Of a stretch of DNA of 64,000 nt, positions 19,996 to 30,578 are shown piece after piece. Every line of letters begins with the position of its first letter. Within the stretch, counting starts at the first letter, position 1. Location of the stretch: assembly GCA_040183005.1 (NCBI GenBank), contig JAMPIW010000007.1, forward strand, positions 1,246,188-1,310,187. Direction: 5' to 3'. Origin of the DNA: Gammaproteobacteria bacterium (GTDB lineage: Bacteria; Pseudomonadota; Gammaproteobacteria; Ga0077554; Ga007554). The position numbers and the translations under genes are program-made. The notes beneath the pieces are model-generated. The model was not told where the DNA came from and did no database searches. It saw nothing but the letters and a program-made list of their open reading frames with translations.

Positions 19996-20955
19996 TCAAC
20001 GCTTTATGATCAAGGCGCCAGCAAGATATTGCAACACCTCATCAAAAATATTTTGCCCGCCGTCAAACCATACCGCATCCGGCGTACTACGCAGCCAGGT
20101 CATCTGCCGCTTGGCGAACTGGCGCGTGGCTATGATGGCACGCTCGACCATTTCCGAGTATGCCATATCCCCCTCAAGATAGCTCCACACCTGCCGGTAA
20201 CCCACGGCACGTATCGAGGGAAGATCCACATGCAGGTCACCGCGACTGCGCAACCTTATGACCTCGTCCACGAATCCAGCCTCCAACATAGCATGAAATC
20301 GCACCCCAATGCGCCGATGCAACACGGCGCGATCCGCTGGCGACACCACCAGCTTCAATATGCGATAAGGCAGTCGCACGGCGGCATGTTGCGCATATAA
20401 CTCACTCATCGGCACCCCACTCAATTCATACACTTCCAGGGCGCGCTGAATGCGCTGTGGATCGTTGGGGTGTATCCGTTGCGCTGCGACAGGATCCACC
20501 TGCGCCAGCCGGGCATGAAGCGCAGCCCATCCCAAGTCGCCCGCCTCGGCTTCCAGGCGTGCGCGCACCGCACTGTCTGCGGACGGCATGTCCGTCAACC
20601 CCTGCTGCAAAGCCCGGAAATACAGCATTGTCCCACCCACCAACAGGGGAATCCGGCCCGCCTGGGTAATCTGCGCCATCTCCCGCAGGGCATCATCACG
20701 GAATTGCGCAGCCGAATACGTCTCAGAGGGGTCGCGAATATCAATCAGGCGGTGCGGCGCAGTCGCCAACACGTCTGGCCCCGGCTTGGCGGTACCGATA
20801 TCCATGCCGCGATAGACAAGCGCAGAATCGACGCTGATGATGTCGCACGGCAGATGGCGGACCAGCCCCAGGGCAAGATCAGTCTTGCCTGCGGCGGTCG
20901 GCCCCATGAGAAAAATGGCGGGCGGGAGTGCATCCTTGGGCATGGATTGAATCAC
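19996..20955 (-). CDS. miaA: tRNA dimethylallyltransferase
   Basis: P-loop GPTAAGKT; 319 aa. Confidence 0.9.
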   Translation of the reverse strand: MIQSMPKDALPPAIFLMGPTAAGKTDLALGLVRHLPCDIISVDSALVYRGMDIGTAKPGPDVLATAPHRLIDIRDPSETYSAAQFRDDALREMAQITQAGRIPLLVGGTMLYFRALQQGLTDMPSADSAVRARLEAEAGDLGWAALHARLAQVDPVAAQRIHPNDPQRIQRALEVYELSGVPMSELYAQHAAVRLPYRILKLVVSPADRAVLHRRIGVRFHAMLEAGFVDEVIRLRSRGDLHVDLPSIRAVGYRQVWSYLEGDMAYSEMVERAIIATRQFAKRQMTWLRSTPDAVWFDGGQNIFDEVLQYLAGALIIKR

Positions 20956-21009
20956 AGCGGACGGGGATTATTATCGAGAGCAGCATGGAGCTGCAAAAAA
21001 GGCGATGGC

Positions 21010-21645
21010 TCAATCCTCAATCATTCGATAACGCATCGCAAGATGCGTCAATTCGACGTCGCCCTGCACACCCAGCTTCTCGAACAGGCGATAACGGTAG
21101 GTGTTGACAGTCTTGGGGCTAAGGCAAAGCTTGTCCGAGATATCCGGCACTTTGATCCCCTTCGCCACCATTAGCATCACCTGCATCTCGCGTGACGACA
21201 GCTTGTCAAAAGGCGACTCAGCCGCGCCCGGCAACAGGCTCAGCGCCAGACTCTGAGCGATAGCAGGGGCAATGTAGCGGCCTCCTTTGTATACCGTCTC
21301 TATGGCGCGCACGATTTCGTCGATGCCGCAGTCTTTGGTCAGATAACCGGCGGCGCCGGCCTGCATAAAGTGGTTAGGGAAAGGCTCACTATCATGGACT
21401 GTGACGACAATGATCTTTATGGTGGGATCGATCTGCAGCAACTTGCGCGTCGCCCCTAGCCCGCCGATGCCAGGCATATTCACATCCATGAGCACGACAT
21501 CGGGCTTACATTGCCTGACCAGGAGGACCGCCTCTTCGCCGCTGCCAACCTCGGCAATCACGTCAATGCCCGGAACGTCCGCGAGCATGCGCTTTATGCC
21601 ACTGCGCACCAGCGCATGGTCATCAACCAAGACCACCTGAATCAT
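21010..21645 (-). CDS. NarL/FixJ-family response regulator (REC + LuxR-type HTH), UvrY/GacA-like
   Basis: Receiver-domain motifs (VLVDDH, DVVLMDVNMPG) and a C-terminal LuxR HTH. Only the start at the internal Met is consistent with the overlapping tRNA. Confidence 0.8.
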   Translation of the reverse strand: MIQVVLVDDHALVRSGIKRMLADVPGIDVIAEVGSGEEAVLLVRQCKPDVVLMDVNMPGIGGLGATRKLLQIDPTIKIIVVTVHDSEPFPNHFMQAGAAGYLTKDCGIDEIVRAIETVYKGGRYIAPAIAQSLALSLLPGAAESPFDKLSSREMQVMLMVAKGIKVPDISDKLCLSPKTVNTYRYRLFEKLGVQGDVELTHLAMRYRMIED

Positions 21646-21661
21646 GCTCGACCCTGAGTAT

Positions 21662-21755
<94 letters not shown>

Positions 21756-21812
21756 AAAGAGAGCGCTAGAATACGCGTTTTCCGGCTTCAGAACAACTAG
21801 CAATCTTGGTTT

Positions 21813-22385
<573 letters not shown>

Positions 22386-22393
22386 CTACTTCG

Positions 22394-23968
22394 TCACTCC
22401 CATTCAATGGTCGCCGGGGGCTTGCCGGAGATGTCGTAGGTGATGCGTGAGATTCCAGGCACTTCATTGATAATGCGGTTGGAGATAATTCCCAGCACAT
22501 CATAGGGCAGATGCGCCCAGTGCGCGGTCATGAAGTCGACAGTTTCGACGGCGCGTAGCGCTACAACATAATCATAGCGCCGCCCATCGCCCATAACACC
22601 CACGGACTTCACCGGCAAGAACACGGCGAAGGCTTGACTGACCTTGTTATACAGATCGTTTTTACGCAGCTCTTCGATGAAGATGGCGTCGGCGCGGCGC
22701 AGCAGATCGGCGTATTCTTTTTTCACCTCGCCGAGGATGCGCACGCCCAGGCCCGGCCCGGGGAAGGGATGGCGATAGACCATGTCGAAAGGCAGGCCAA
22801 GCTCAACACCGAGGCGGCGCACTTCGTCCTTGAATAGCTCGCGTAGCGGCTCGATCAGCTTGAGCCGCATGTCCGCAGGCAGACCGCCAACGTTATGGTG
22901 AGTCTTGATGACGTGCGCCTTGCCGGTTTTGGCTCCGGCGGATTCGATGACATCAGGATAGATAGTACCCTGCGCCAGCCATTGCACATTGGTGAGTTTG
23001 GCGGCCTCTTCCTCGAAAATCTCGACGAACAGATTGCCGATGATCTTGCGCTTCTTTTCCGGGTCGGCCTCGCCTTTGAGGGCATCCATAAAACGCTGCT
23101 CGGCATTGACGCGGATCACCTTGATGCCCATGTGCCGGGCAAAGGTCGCCATCACCTGGTCGCCTTCATTCAGACGCAGCAGGCCGTTATCGACAAATAC
23201 GCAGGTCAGCCGATCACCCAACGCTTTATGCAGCAGCGCCGCCACCACAGAGGAATCCACACCGCCGGACAGCGCCAGCAGCACTTCATCGTTCCCGACT
23301 CGCTCATGAACCAGACGAATGCTGTCGCTGACGATATTTCCCATGGTCCACAATGCCGCGCAGCCGCAGATGTCGAGCACAAAGCGTTGCAGGATACGTG
23401 CGCCCTGACGGGTGTGGGTCACCTCGGGATGAAATTGCAGACCGTAGAAACCGCGCGTCTCATCGGCCATGCCCGCCATGGGCGCAGCTTCGGTGCTGGC
23501 AATCATCTTGAAACCTTCCGGCAGACGGGCGACACGGTCGCCGTGGCTCATCCAAACATCGAGTATGCCGTAGCCTTCGGGGGTGGTGTGGTCCTCGATG
23601 TCGCGCAATAGCCGTGAATGTCCACGCGCGCGCACCTGGGCATAGCCGAATTCGCGGTGCGTGGAGGACTCTACGGCGCCGCCCAATTGCGCGGCCATGG
23701 TCTGCATGCCATAGCAGATGCCAAGCACCGGCACGCCCAGCTCAAACACCACTTGCGGGGCGCGCGGCGTTGATTCGAGCGTGACCGATTCCGGCCCGCC
23801 GGAGAGGATGACACCACGCGGCTTGAAGGCGCGAATCGCTACCTCATCCATGTCGTAGGGATGCAGCTCGCAATAGACTCCCGCCTCGCGCACCCGGCGC
23901 GCGATGAGCTGGGTGTACTGGGAACCAAAGTCGAGGATCAGGATGCGGTGGTCGTGGATATTAGTCAA
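22394..23968 (-). CDS. guaA: GMP synthase (glutamine-hydrolysing)
   Basis: 524 aa, GATase plus ATP-PPase (SGGVDSS). Confidence 0.95.
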   Translation of the reverse strand: MTNIHDHRILILDFGSQYTQLIARRVREAGVYCELHPYDMDEVAIRAFKPRGVILSGGPESVTLESTPRAPQVVFELGVPVLGICYGMQTMAAQLGGAVESSTHREFGYAQVRARGHSRLLRDIEDHTTPEGYGILDVWMSHGDRVARLPEGFKMIASTEAAPMAGMADETRGFYGLQFHPEVTHTRQGARILQRFVLDICGCAALWTMGNIVSDSIRLVHERVGNDEVLLALSGGVDSSVVAALLHKALGDRLTCVFVDNGLLRLNEGDQVMATFARHMGIKVIRVNAEQRFMDALKGEADPEKKRKIIGNLFVEIFEEEAAKLTNVQWLAQGTIYPDVIESAGAKTGKAHVIKTHHNVGGLPADMRLKLIEPLRELFKDEVRRLGVELGLPFDMVYRHPFPGPGLGVRILGEVKKEYADLLRRADAIFIEELRKNDLYNKVSQAFAVFLPVKSVGVMGDGRRYDYVVALRAVETVDFMTAHWAHLPYDVLGIISNRIINEVPGISRITYDISGKPPATIEWE

Positions 23969-23994
23969 TGTTGTGCCCGTTTTAATTTATTAAT

Positions 23995-24115
23995 CACAGA
24001 GAACACAGAGTTCACAGAGAAAAAACGATTTCCCCATGAAGGAGACAATGCGGCATTGCACCCTTCACGGGGACGAGAACCCGCACCACCTCTGTGTTCT
24101 CTGTGAACTCTGTGG
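23995..24115. repeat. Family-1-like inverted-repeat element, copy C (arms CACAGAG x3 + A6 / T... CTCTGTG x3) in the guaA-guaB intergenic region
   Basis: cacagagaacacagagttcacagagaaaaaa ... tctgtgttctctgtgaactctgtgg. Confidence 0.5.
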
Positions 24116-24143
24116 CTTGTATCTGCGGATTTGTTAATACAGA

Positions 24144-25610
24144 TCAGTCAATCCGATAATTCGGCGCTTCGCGGGTGATCGTCACGTCATGCACATGGCT
24201 TTCACGCATACCGGCGCTGGTGACGCGCACGAATTTTGGCTTGGTGCGCATCTCCACGATATCTTTGCATCCGGTATAGCCCATGCTGGCGCGCACCCCG
24301 CCCATCAACTGATGCACGATGGCCACCATGCTGCCTTTATAGGGCACGCGGCCCTCAATGCCTTCCGGCACCAGTTTCTCGGCCTCAGCAGTCAGTTCCT
24401 GAAAATAGCGGTCGCTGGAGCCCTGCTGCATGGCGCCTATCGAACCCATGCCACGGTATGACTTGTAGGAACGGCCCTGGTAAAGCTCGACATCGCCGGG
24501 GGATTCCTCGGTGCCAGCGAACATGCTGCCGATCATCACCGAAGAGGCGCCCGCAGCGATGGCCTTGGCAAGATCGCCCGAATAACGGATACCGCCATCG
24601 GCGATGACCGGCACACCCATGCCCTGCAAGGCGTTGGCGACGTTGTTAATCGCCGTAATCTGCGGCACGCCCACACCGGTGACGATGCGTGTGGTGCAGA
24701 TTGATCCCGGACCGATACCGACCTTCACGGCATCGGCGCCTGCGTCCACCAGTGCCAGCGCTGCTTCGGCGGTAGCGATATTGCCGCCAATAAGCTGTAT
24801 CTCCGGAAAATTGCGCTTCACCCAGCGCACCCGGTCCAGCACGCCCTGTGAGTGGCCGTGCGCGGTATCAACGACAATGACATCGACACCGGCGGCCACC
24901 AGCGCGGCAACGCGCTCATCAGTGCCCTCACCCGTACCCACAGCCGCTCCGACACGCAAGCGCTCCAGATGGTCCTTGCATGCATTAGGCTTTTCCTTGG
25001 CCTTCTGAATGTCCTTCACGGTGATCATCCCGCGCAATTGAAACCTGTCGTTCACCACCAGGATTTTTTCGATGCGGTGCTTGTGCAATAGCGCCACCAC
25101 CTCATCACGCCCGGCGCCTTCGCGCACGGTGACCAGGCGCTCCTTGGGTGTCATGATGGTGGAGACAGGGTTGCCGTAACGACTCTCCGTCTCAAAGCGC
25201 AGATCCCGATTGGTTACGATACCGACCAGATCTTCCCCATCCACCACCGGCACACCCGAAATATTATGGGCGCGCGTCAAAGCCAGCACATCGCGAATAC
25301 TGGTATTCGGCGAAACAGAGATAGGATCTTTGATGACGCCGCTCTCAAACTTTTTGACGATGCGCACCTGCTCCGCCTGCTCTTCGGTGCTCATGTTCTT
25401 GTGGACAATCCCGATACCGCCTTCCTGCGCCAACGTAATCGCCAGCCGCGCCTCAGTCACGGTATCCATGGCGGCCGATAGCAAGGGAATATTCAACTTG
25501 ATTCCACGGGTAAGCTGGGTTTCCAGGCTTACCTGTTTGGGCAACACCGTGGAGTGATCCGGCACCAGCAGAACATCATCAAAGGTAAGGGCTTCCTGGA
25601 GGACGCGCAT
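24144..25610 (-). CDS. guaB: IMP dehydrogenase
   Basis: 488 aa, CBS pair plus catalytic IGPGSICTT loop. Confidence 0.95.
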   Translation of the reverse strand: MRVLQEALTFDDVLLVPDHSTVLPKQVSLETQLTRGIKLNIPLLSAAMDTVTEARLAITLAQEGGIGIVHKNMSTEEQAEQVRIVKKFESGVIKDPISVSPNTSIRDVLALTRAHNISGVPVVDGEDLVGIVTNRDLRFETESRYGNPVSTIMTPKERLVTVREGAGRDEVVALLHKHRIEKILVVNDRFQLRGMITVKDIQKAKEKPNACKDHLERLRVGAAVGTGEGTDERVAALVAAGVDVIVVDTAHGHSQGVLDRVRWVKRNFPEIQLIGGNIATAEAALALVDAGADAVKVGIGPGSICTTRIVTGVGVPQITAINNVANALQGMGVPVIADGGIRYSGDLAKAIAAGASSVMIGSMFAGTEESPGDVELYQGRSYKSYRGMGSIGAMQQGSSDRYFQELTAEAEKLVPEGIEGRVPYKGSMVAIVHQLMGGVRASMGYTGCKDIVEMRTKPKFVRVTSAGMRESHVHDVTITREAPNYRID

Positions 25611-26177
25611 GGGGAGGGTTCCGCCTTAATTGGGAAAAGAATTAACTGATAAGTATAAATTTTATCCTTGACCAGGTAAATAGCATAAAAAATATGGGAT
25701 TGCCGTGCGTCCTGCACCGAACTGCCGGGATATCTTAAATGCAATCATACACCTGCCTGATCCCAGCAACTCCAAGCATGCTTGCGCGTAGTGATATGAA
25801 GACATACGAAATACAATAAAATCAAATAGATAAATAATAGCAAGCTATGGGATGTCCCCATTCAGGGACGTTCGTGCAGATTCTTTGGGGATTTTGGCCT
25901 GATTAGCGCCTTCCGCGCGCTTATTACTGCGACATACGGGTGCCTTACCTTGCTCTTGCCGCCTTATAAATGTGCAATATCTTGCTTGCGCATACCGGCT
26001 AACCCATCAACATCATAATTTTTTGTTATATTTTTCATAATGTTAATTTTAGTAACCCCGGAAAGAAAAATATGGCACGATGTCTGCGTGATATTGCGTG
26101 CAGCAACCCAGTTGCTTTTTTACACCGTAACCCAGTGCTTTTTAATCACGGCGTAACAAAACACTGACAGACTAACT

Positions 26178-26212
26178 CATGCTATCCGGCACCTCTCTCC
26201 TGGATGGCATGA
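26178..26212 (+). promoter_or_regulatory. Leader hairpin immediately upstream of the RBS of DUF2892-like gene 1 (slightly degenerate copy)
   Basis: catgctatcc...ggatggcatg; homologous to the perfect hairpin at 27080-27113. Confidence 0.4.
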
Positions 26213-26242
26213 GTTAGTCCCCATTAAATGGAGGTATATGGA

Positions 26243-26524
26243 ATGAAGGATTTTGAAATGACAGCGAACATAGGTGGCGCCGACAAGGGCTTTAGAACGA
26301 TTGTCGGAATGACCTTGCTAGGCGTGGCGTTGGCACACCCAACATCCACATTGTACGCCACCGTGTTTCCAGTGATCGGGGCCTATTTCGTCCTGACGGC
26401 GATCATGGAATGGGATCCTATTGGCTATCTGGTTCAGTCAGCACAGAAGGTCATTAACCACCTGGGTGAGATGGTCAGCTCGCCGGCCATGGGGTTAATG
26501 TCACGACAAGCTCTCAGCGCCTGA
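26243..26524 (+). CDS. Small membrane protein, DUF2892 (YgaP-TM-like) family, paralogue 1 of 3
   Basis: MKDFEMTANIGGADKGFRTIVGMTLLG...AIMEWDPIGYL. SD GGAGG sits 7 nt upstream of the ATG at 26243. About 85% identical to the two downstream paralogues. Confidence 0.55.
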   Translation: MKDFEMTANIGGADKGFRTIVGMTLLGVALAHPTSTLYATVFPVIGAYFVLTAIMEWDPIGYLVQSAQKVINHLGEMVSSPAMGLMSRQALSA

Positions 26525-26775
26525 TGGCAGGTGCGTGGGCAAGGATGCACCGTGGGCCGCCATGGATGGCTGAGGCCACGACTAAACACATGTAGGGTGC
26601 GTTCCACGCACCACAACCATTTGTGCGCGGGACGCATTACTGCTCCACTGTCAATTTAATGTTTCAAATTTAGCAGCAACAGTTTGCAGGAGTGGCAGGT
26701 AACCTCGGGGACCCGTTACATACTGGCACCCCCTCCCGCCTTTTGGCACGGGGCCACGAGCAGCCGCTCCTACCC
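26520..26775. repeat. ~255-bp segmental repeat following paralogue 1. It matches 27764-27980, the region following paralogue 3 that runs into the xseA 5' flank.
   Basis: Near-identical blocks; for example, the 115-bp block 26661-26775 matches 27865-27980 with a few mismatches. Confidence 0.7.
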
Positions 26776-26972
26776 TTTTATTTCAATTTCCGCAAATAAC
26801 CCGCAAAACGCATATCCACCCTCACCGGTCATGACATGCACGTTGTCTTTTGTGAAAAACTGTTTCCTCGTGCCCGGCATCAGAAATCCACCACCTTCTT
26901 ATCGCTGAACTTGCCCACCACCCCTCCTTTTGTTGCCATCAAGTGAAAAATTTCCGGCAAGAGGCTTGACAT

Positions 26973-27008
26973 CCGACTTAATTGGGAATAAATTCCCAAT
27001 TAAGTCGG
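26973..27008. promoter_or_regulatory. Perfect 17-bp-arm palindrome CCGACTTAATTGGGAAT-aa-ATTCCCAATTAAGTCGG (candidate operator or hairpin), ~135 bp upstream of paralogue 2
   Basis: Read directly. Preceded by a TTGACA hexamer. Confidence 0.45.
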
Positions 27009-27079
27009 AAACGGCGAGCAGTCCACGGAACAGATACTGTTTTTTAATCGTGGTGCAACAAAACACTGACAGACTAACT

Positions 27080-27113
27080 CATGCCATCCGGCCCCTCTCT
27101 CCTGGATGGCATG
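27080..27113 (+). promoter_or_regulatory. Leader hairpin (10-bp perfect stem catgccatcc/ggatggcatg, 14-nt loop) just upstream of the RBS of paralogue 2
   Basis: Conserved with the copy at 26178-26212. The third paralogue carries a truncated version. Confidence 0.45.
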
Positions 27114-27144
27114 AGGAAGTCCCTACCAAATGGAGGTACATGTA

Positions 27145-27426
27145 ATGAAGTATTTTGAAATGACAGCGAACATAAGTGGCGCCGACAAGGGCTTTAGAGC
27201 GATAGCCGGAATGGCCTTGCTAGGCATGGCGTTGGCACATCCAACGTCGGCATTGTACGCCACAGTCTTCCCAATGATCGGGGCCTATTTTGTTCTGACG
27301 GCGATCATGGAATGGGATCCTATTGGCTATCTGGTTCAGTCAATACAAAACGTCCTTAATCACTTAGGTGAGATGGCAGGTTCATCGGCCAAGGGAATAA
27401 GGACACCACAAGCTTTCAGCGCCTGA
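27145..27426 (+). CDS. Small membrane protein, DUF2892-like, paralogue 2
   Basis: MKYFEMTANISGADKGFRAIAGMALLGMALA...; SD GGAGG upstream. Confidence 0.55.
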   Translation: MKYFEMTANISGADKGFRAIAGMALLGMALAHPTSALYATVFPMIGAYFVLTAIMEWDPIGYLVQSIQNVLNHLGEMAGSSAKGIRTPQAFSA

Positions 27427-27482
27427 TTACGCCTGAGCGGACAAGGATGCGAGGAAGTCCCTATCAAATGGAGGTACATGTA

Positions 27483-27764
27483 ATGAAGTATTTTGAAATG
27501 ACAGCGAACATAAGTGGCGCCGACAAGGGCTTTAGGACAATTGTCGGAATGGCCTTATTGGGCATGGCGTTGGCAGATCCAACGTCGACATTGTGCGCCA
27601 CCGTCTTCCCAATGATCGGGGCCTATTTCGTCCTGACGGCGATCATGGAGTGGGATCCTATTGGCTATCTGGTTCAATCGGCACAGAAGGTCCTTAATAA
27701 CTTAGGTGAGATGGCCGGTTCATCGGCCATGGGAATAAAGACACCACAAACTTTCGGCGCCTGA
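27483..27764 (+). CDS. Small membrane protein, DUF2892-like, paralogue 3
   Basis: Same family. Its leader is truncated relative to paralogues 1 and 2. Confidence 0.55.
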   Translation: MKYFEMTANISGADKGFRTIVGMALLGMALADPTSTLCATVFPMIGAYFVLTAIMEWDPIGYLVQSAQKVLNNLGEMAGSSAMGIKTPQTFGA

Positions 27765-28019
27765 TTGGCCTGAGTGAGCAAGGATGCATCGTGGGTCGCC
27801 ATGGACGGCTGAGGCCACGACTAATCATATGCAGGGTGTGTCCCACGCACCACTATTGATTTAGAGTTTCAAATTTAGCAGCTACAGTTTGTAGGAGTGG
27901 CAGGTAACCTCGGGGACCCGTTACATACTGGCACCCCCTCCCGCCTTTTTGCGCGGGGCCACGAGCAGCCGCTCCTACCCTTATCTCCCTTTCTGCGGAC
28001 AACCCGCAAAACGCCGACC

Positions 28020-29414
28020 ATGAATGGTATCATTCATGCCATGCAAGAACTCTTTGATGATCCTCGGAAAGATCTCCCTCAGCGCGAAGTCTACAGCGTG
28101 TCGCAACTCAATCACGCCGCGCGCTCAGTGCTGGAAGGAAGCTTCCCGTTAATCTGGGTGGAAGGGGAGATATCCAATCTGGCCAAGCCCTCCTCCGGCC
28201 ACCTCTACTTTACCCTCAAAGATGAGGCTGCGGCGGTGCGCTGCGCCATGTTCCGTCAGCGCAACCTGCGCCTGGGCTTTACGCCGGAAAACGGCATGCA
28301 GGTACTGGCGCGCGCGCAGGTCAGCCTGTATGAAGGCCGCGGCGAATTCCAGCTCATTGTTGAACACATAGAAGAGGCGGGGGATGGCGCGCTGCGTCGT
28401 GCGTTCGACATGCTCAAGCAGCGCCTGGCCGCCGAGGGTCTGTTCGATGCCGAGCGCAAGAAACCACTCCCCGCCCTGCCCCACTGCATCGGCGTCGTAA
28501 CCTCCCCCACCGGCGCGGCGGTCCGCGACATACTCACCGTGTTAAAACGGCGTTTTCCTGCCATTCCGGTGATTGTCTATCCTGTACCGGTGCAAGGAAC
28601 AGGTTCAGCGGCACAGATTGCACTAGCGATACGCACCGCGTCACGGCGCAAGGACTGTGATGTGTTGATTGTGGCGCGCGGCGGTGGCTCACTGGAAGAT
28701 TTATGGGCATTCAATGAAGAGATAGTGGCGCGCGCCATCCATGCCTGCGAGTTACCGGTCGTCACCGGTATCGGCCATGAAATCGACGTTACCATTGCCG
28801 ACTTCGTGGCCGATCAGCGCGCCGCCACACCCTCCGCCGCCGCCGAGCTGGCCAGCCCCGATCAAAGCGAATGGCTGCAGCAGTTCGTCCGTCAACAACA
28901 GCGTCTTGAAACGCGCATCCACGACAAGCTGGACCGCAAGCGCCAGACGCTGGACTGGATGGAGCGGCGCCTGCAACAGCAGCATCCCGGAAGCCGCTTA
29001 CGCCATCAGACTCAACGGCTCGACGAACTGGAACAACGCCTGAACCATGCACAGCGTGTTGTTTTTCGGCACAAACATGCATCTTTGGCCGAAATCTCCG
29101 CACGCCTGCATCGCCACACCCCACTGCACCGGCTGACGCAGCTCCAGATTCACCATGCAAACCTTGAGCAACGCCTGCACGGCGCCCTGCAACTCACGCT
29201 GGAAAGAAGCCATCAGCGATTAATCTCCAGGAGCCGCGCATTGGACACTGTCAGCCCGCTGGCCACACTAGGCCGCGGCTACGCCATCGTCAGCCGCCTG
29301 CCGCAACGCACCGTGTTGCGCGCCGCAGCCGACGCGGCGCCGGGCGATAAGGTAGAGGCACGCCTCGCGCGTGGGCGTTTGATTTGTAGTGTCGAAAAGG
29401 TGCTTGATGATTAA
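28020..29414 (+). CDS. xseA: Exodeoxyribonuclease VII large subunit
   Basis: OB-fold N-terminus VYSVSQLN...IWVEGEISNL...YFTLKD and a catalytic region. The ORF-track start at 27897 lies inside the duplicated repeat, so the ATG at 28020 is preferred. Confidence 0.85.
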   Translation: MNGIIHAMQELFDDPRKDLPQREVYSVSQLNHAARSVLEGSFPLIWVEGEISNLAKPSSGHLYFTLKDEAAAVRCAMFRQRNLRLGFTPENGMQVLARAQVSLYEGRGEFQLIVEHIEEAGDGALRRAFDMLKQRLAAEGLFDAERKKPLPALPHCIGVVTSPTGAAVRDILTVLKRRFPAIPVIVYPVPVQGTGSAAQIALAIRTASRRKDCDVLIVARGGGSLEDLWAFNEEIVARAIHACELPVVTGIGHEIDVTIADFVADQRAATPSAAAELASPDQSEWLQQFVRQQQRLETRIHDKLDRKRQTLDWMERRLQQQHPGSRLRHQTQRLDELEQRLNHAQRVVFRHKHASLAEISARLHRHTPLHRLTQLQIHHANLEQRLHGALQLTLERSHQRLISRSRALDTVSPLATLGRGYAIVSRLPQRTVLRAAADAAPGDKVEARLARGRLICSVEKVLDD

Positions 29415-29477
29415 GCTAATCACAGATTATCCATTAGCCCCAAAACCGTTCGCCCTGAGCCTGTCGAAGGGCCGTTC

Positions 29478-30416
29478 ATGATTCGACAAGCTCACCACGA
29501 ACGGCGCTGTACGCTCTATTTCGCCGTGGGACAATCTGGGTTAATATCGCGGGCACTTGCGCTGCTGCTCATGCTGGCCTTTTCCACAACTTTGCTGGCC
29601 GCCAACACCCTGCCCCGCACCGAACCCGTGCCGGGCGGTGTCGCCATTATTTCTCTGCCAGTAACTCCCGTCCCTGAAAAGGATTGGTGGGCGCGCATAG
29701 CACAGGACAACAAACCGACACCCCCCGTCGCCTACTTCAATGGACAACGGGTACTCATTACCCCGAATGAAACGGGCTGGGCCGCTATCGTTGGCATACC
29801 CCTGGACACCACACCCGGCGAATACAGGCTGGACGTGCAGCCCGTGACAGGCATAAAAGAAACCATAGAATTTACTGTGCGCGGCAAGGAGTATGCCGCC
29901 CAGCACATCACCCTCAAAGACCAGCGCAAGGTTGAACCGCCACCAGAGGATCTGAAACGCATCGAAAAAGAAGCGGAACAGATCAAAGCGGCATTCGCTC
30001 AGTGGAGCGAGCAGCGCGATATATCACTGGACTTCCTTCGGCCGGCGCAGGGCGATTTATCCAGTCCCTTTGGCCTACGGCGTTTCTTCAACGGCCAGCC
30101 GCGCAACCCGCATAGCGGCCTGGACATCGCCGCCCCCAGCGGCACGCCGGTGCGCACCCCGTCGGACGGAATGGTGATCGCCACCGGCGATTATTTCTTC
30201 AATGGCAACACCGTATTCATCGACCATGGCCAAGGCCTCGTCACCATGTATTGCCACCTGAGCAGCATCACCGTCCAGCCCGGCCAGCGATTAGCACGCG
30301 GCGCGATCATCGGCGCGGTGGGAATGACAGGGCGTGCCACCGGCCCGCACCTGCACTGGAGCGTGAGCCTCAACAACACCCGCGTCGACCCGGCGCTTTT
30401 TTTGCCGGGCCGCTAA
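29478..30416 (+). CDS. M23-family metallopeptidase (lysostaphin-like), secreted
   Basis: Signal peptide. HxxxD and HLHWS-type M23 motifs (HSGLDIAAPSGTPV, GPHLHW). Confidence 0.85.
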   Translation: MIRQAHHERRCTLYFAVGQSGLISRALALLLMLAFSTTLLAANTLPRTEPVPGGVAIISLPVTPVPEKDWWARIAQDNKPTPPVAYFNGQRVLITPNETGWAAIVGIPLDTTPGEYRLDVQPVTGIKETIEFTVRGKEYAAQHITLKDQRKVEPPPEDLKRIEKEAEQIKAAFAQWSEQRDISLDFLRPAQGDLSSPFGLRRFFNGQPRNPHSGLDIAAPSGTPVRTPSDGMVIATGDYFFNGNTVFIDHGQGLVTMYCHLSSITVQPGQRLARGAIIGAVGMTGRATGPHLHWSVSLNNTRVDPALFLPGR

Positions 30417-30418
30417 TC

Positions 30419-30557
30419 CTACTGTGTCACAAAGTGCTGAAGGGCGCATTGCGGTGTTAAAATCGGGCTCAAAATGCTCATTTACCACGTGTAAACTGCG
30501 CTTTTTCGCCCGATTTTGCCTTGCACTGCATCCCTTGATCACTTTGTGACACAGTAG
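30419..30557. repeat. Family-2 intergenic element, copy 2 (~139 bp, inverted relative to copy 1). It is flanked by different 18-bp inverted repeats, CTACTGTGTCACAAAGTG / CACTTTGTGACACAGTAG.
   Basis: The core is ~85% identical to the core of 9101-9245. An internal 10-bp stem aaaatcgGGc/gCCcgatttt covaries with aaaatcgAAc/gTTcgatttt in copy 1. Confidence 0.6.
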
Positions 30558-30578
30558 GACTAATCTCTGAGCGCTCAT

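Noticed and set aside
27897-28019. N-terminal 41-aa extension of xseA from the ORF-track start at 27897
   Set aside because: The extension lies inside a duplicated non-coding repeat (copy at 26684-26775). The homology to XseA begins only after the Met at 28020.
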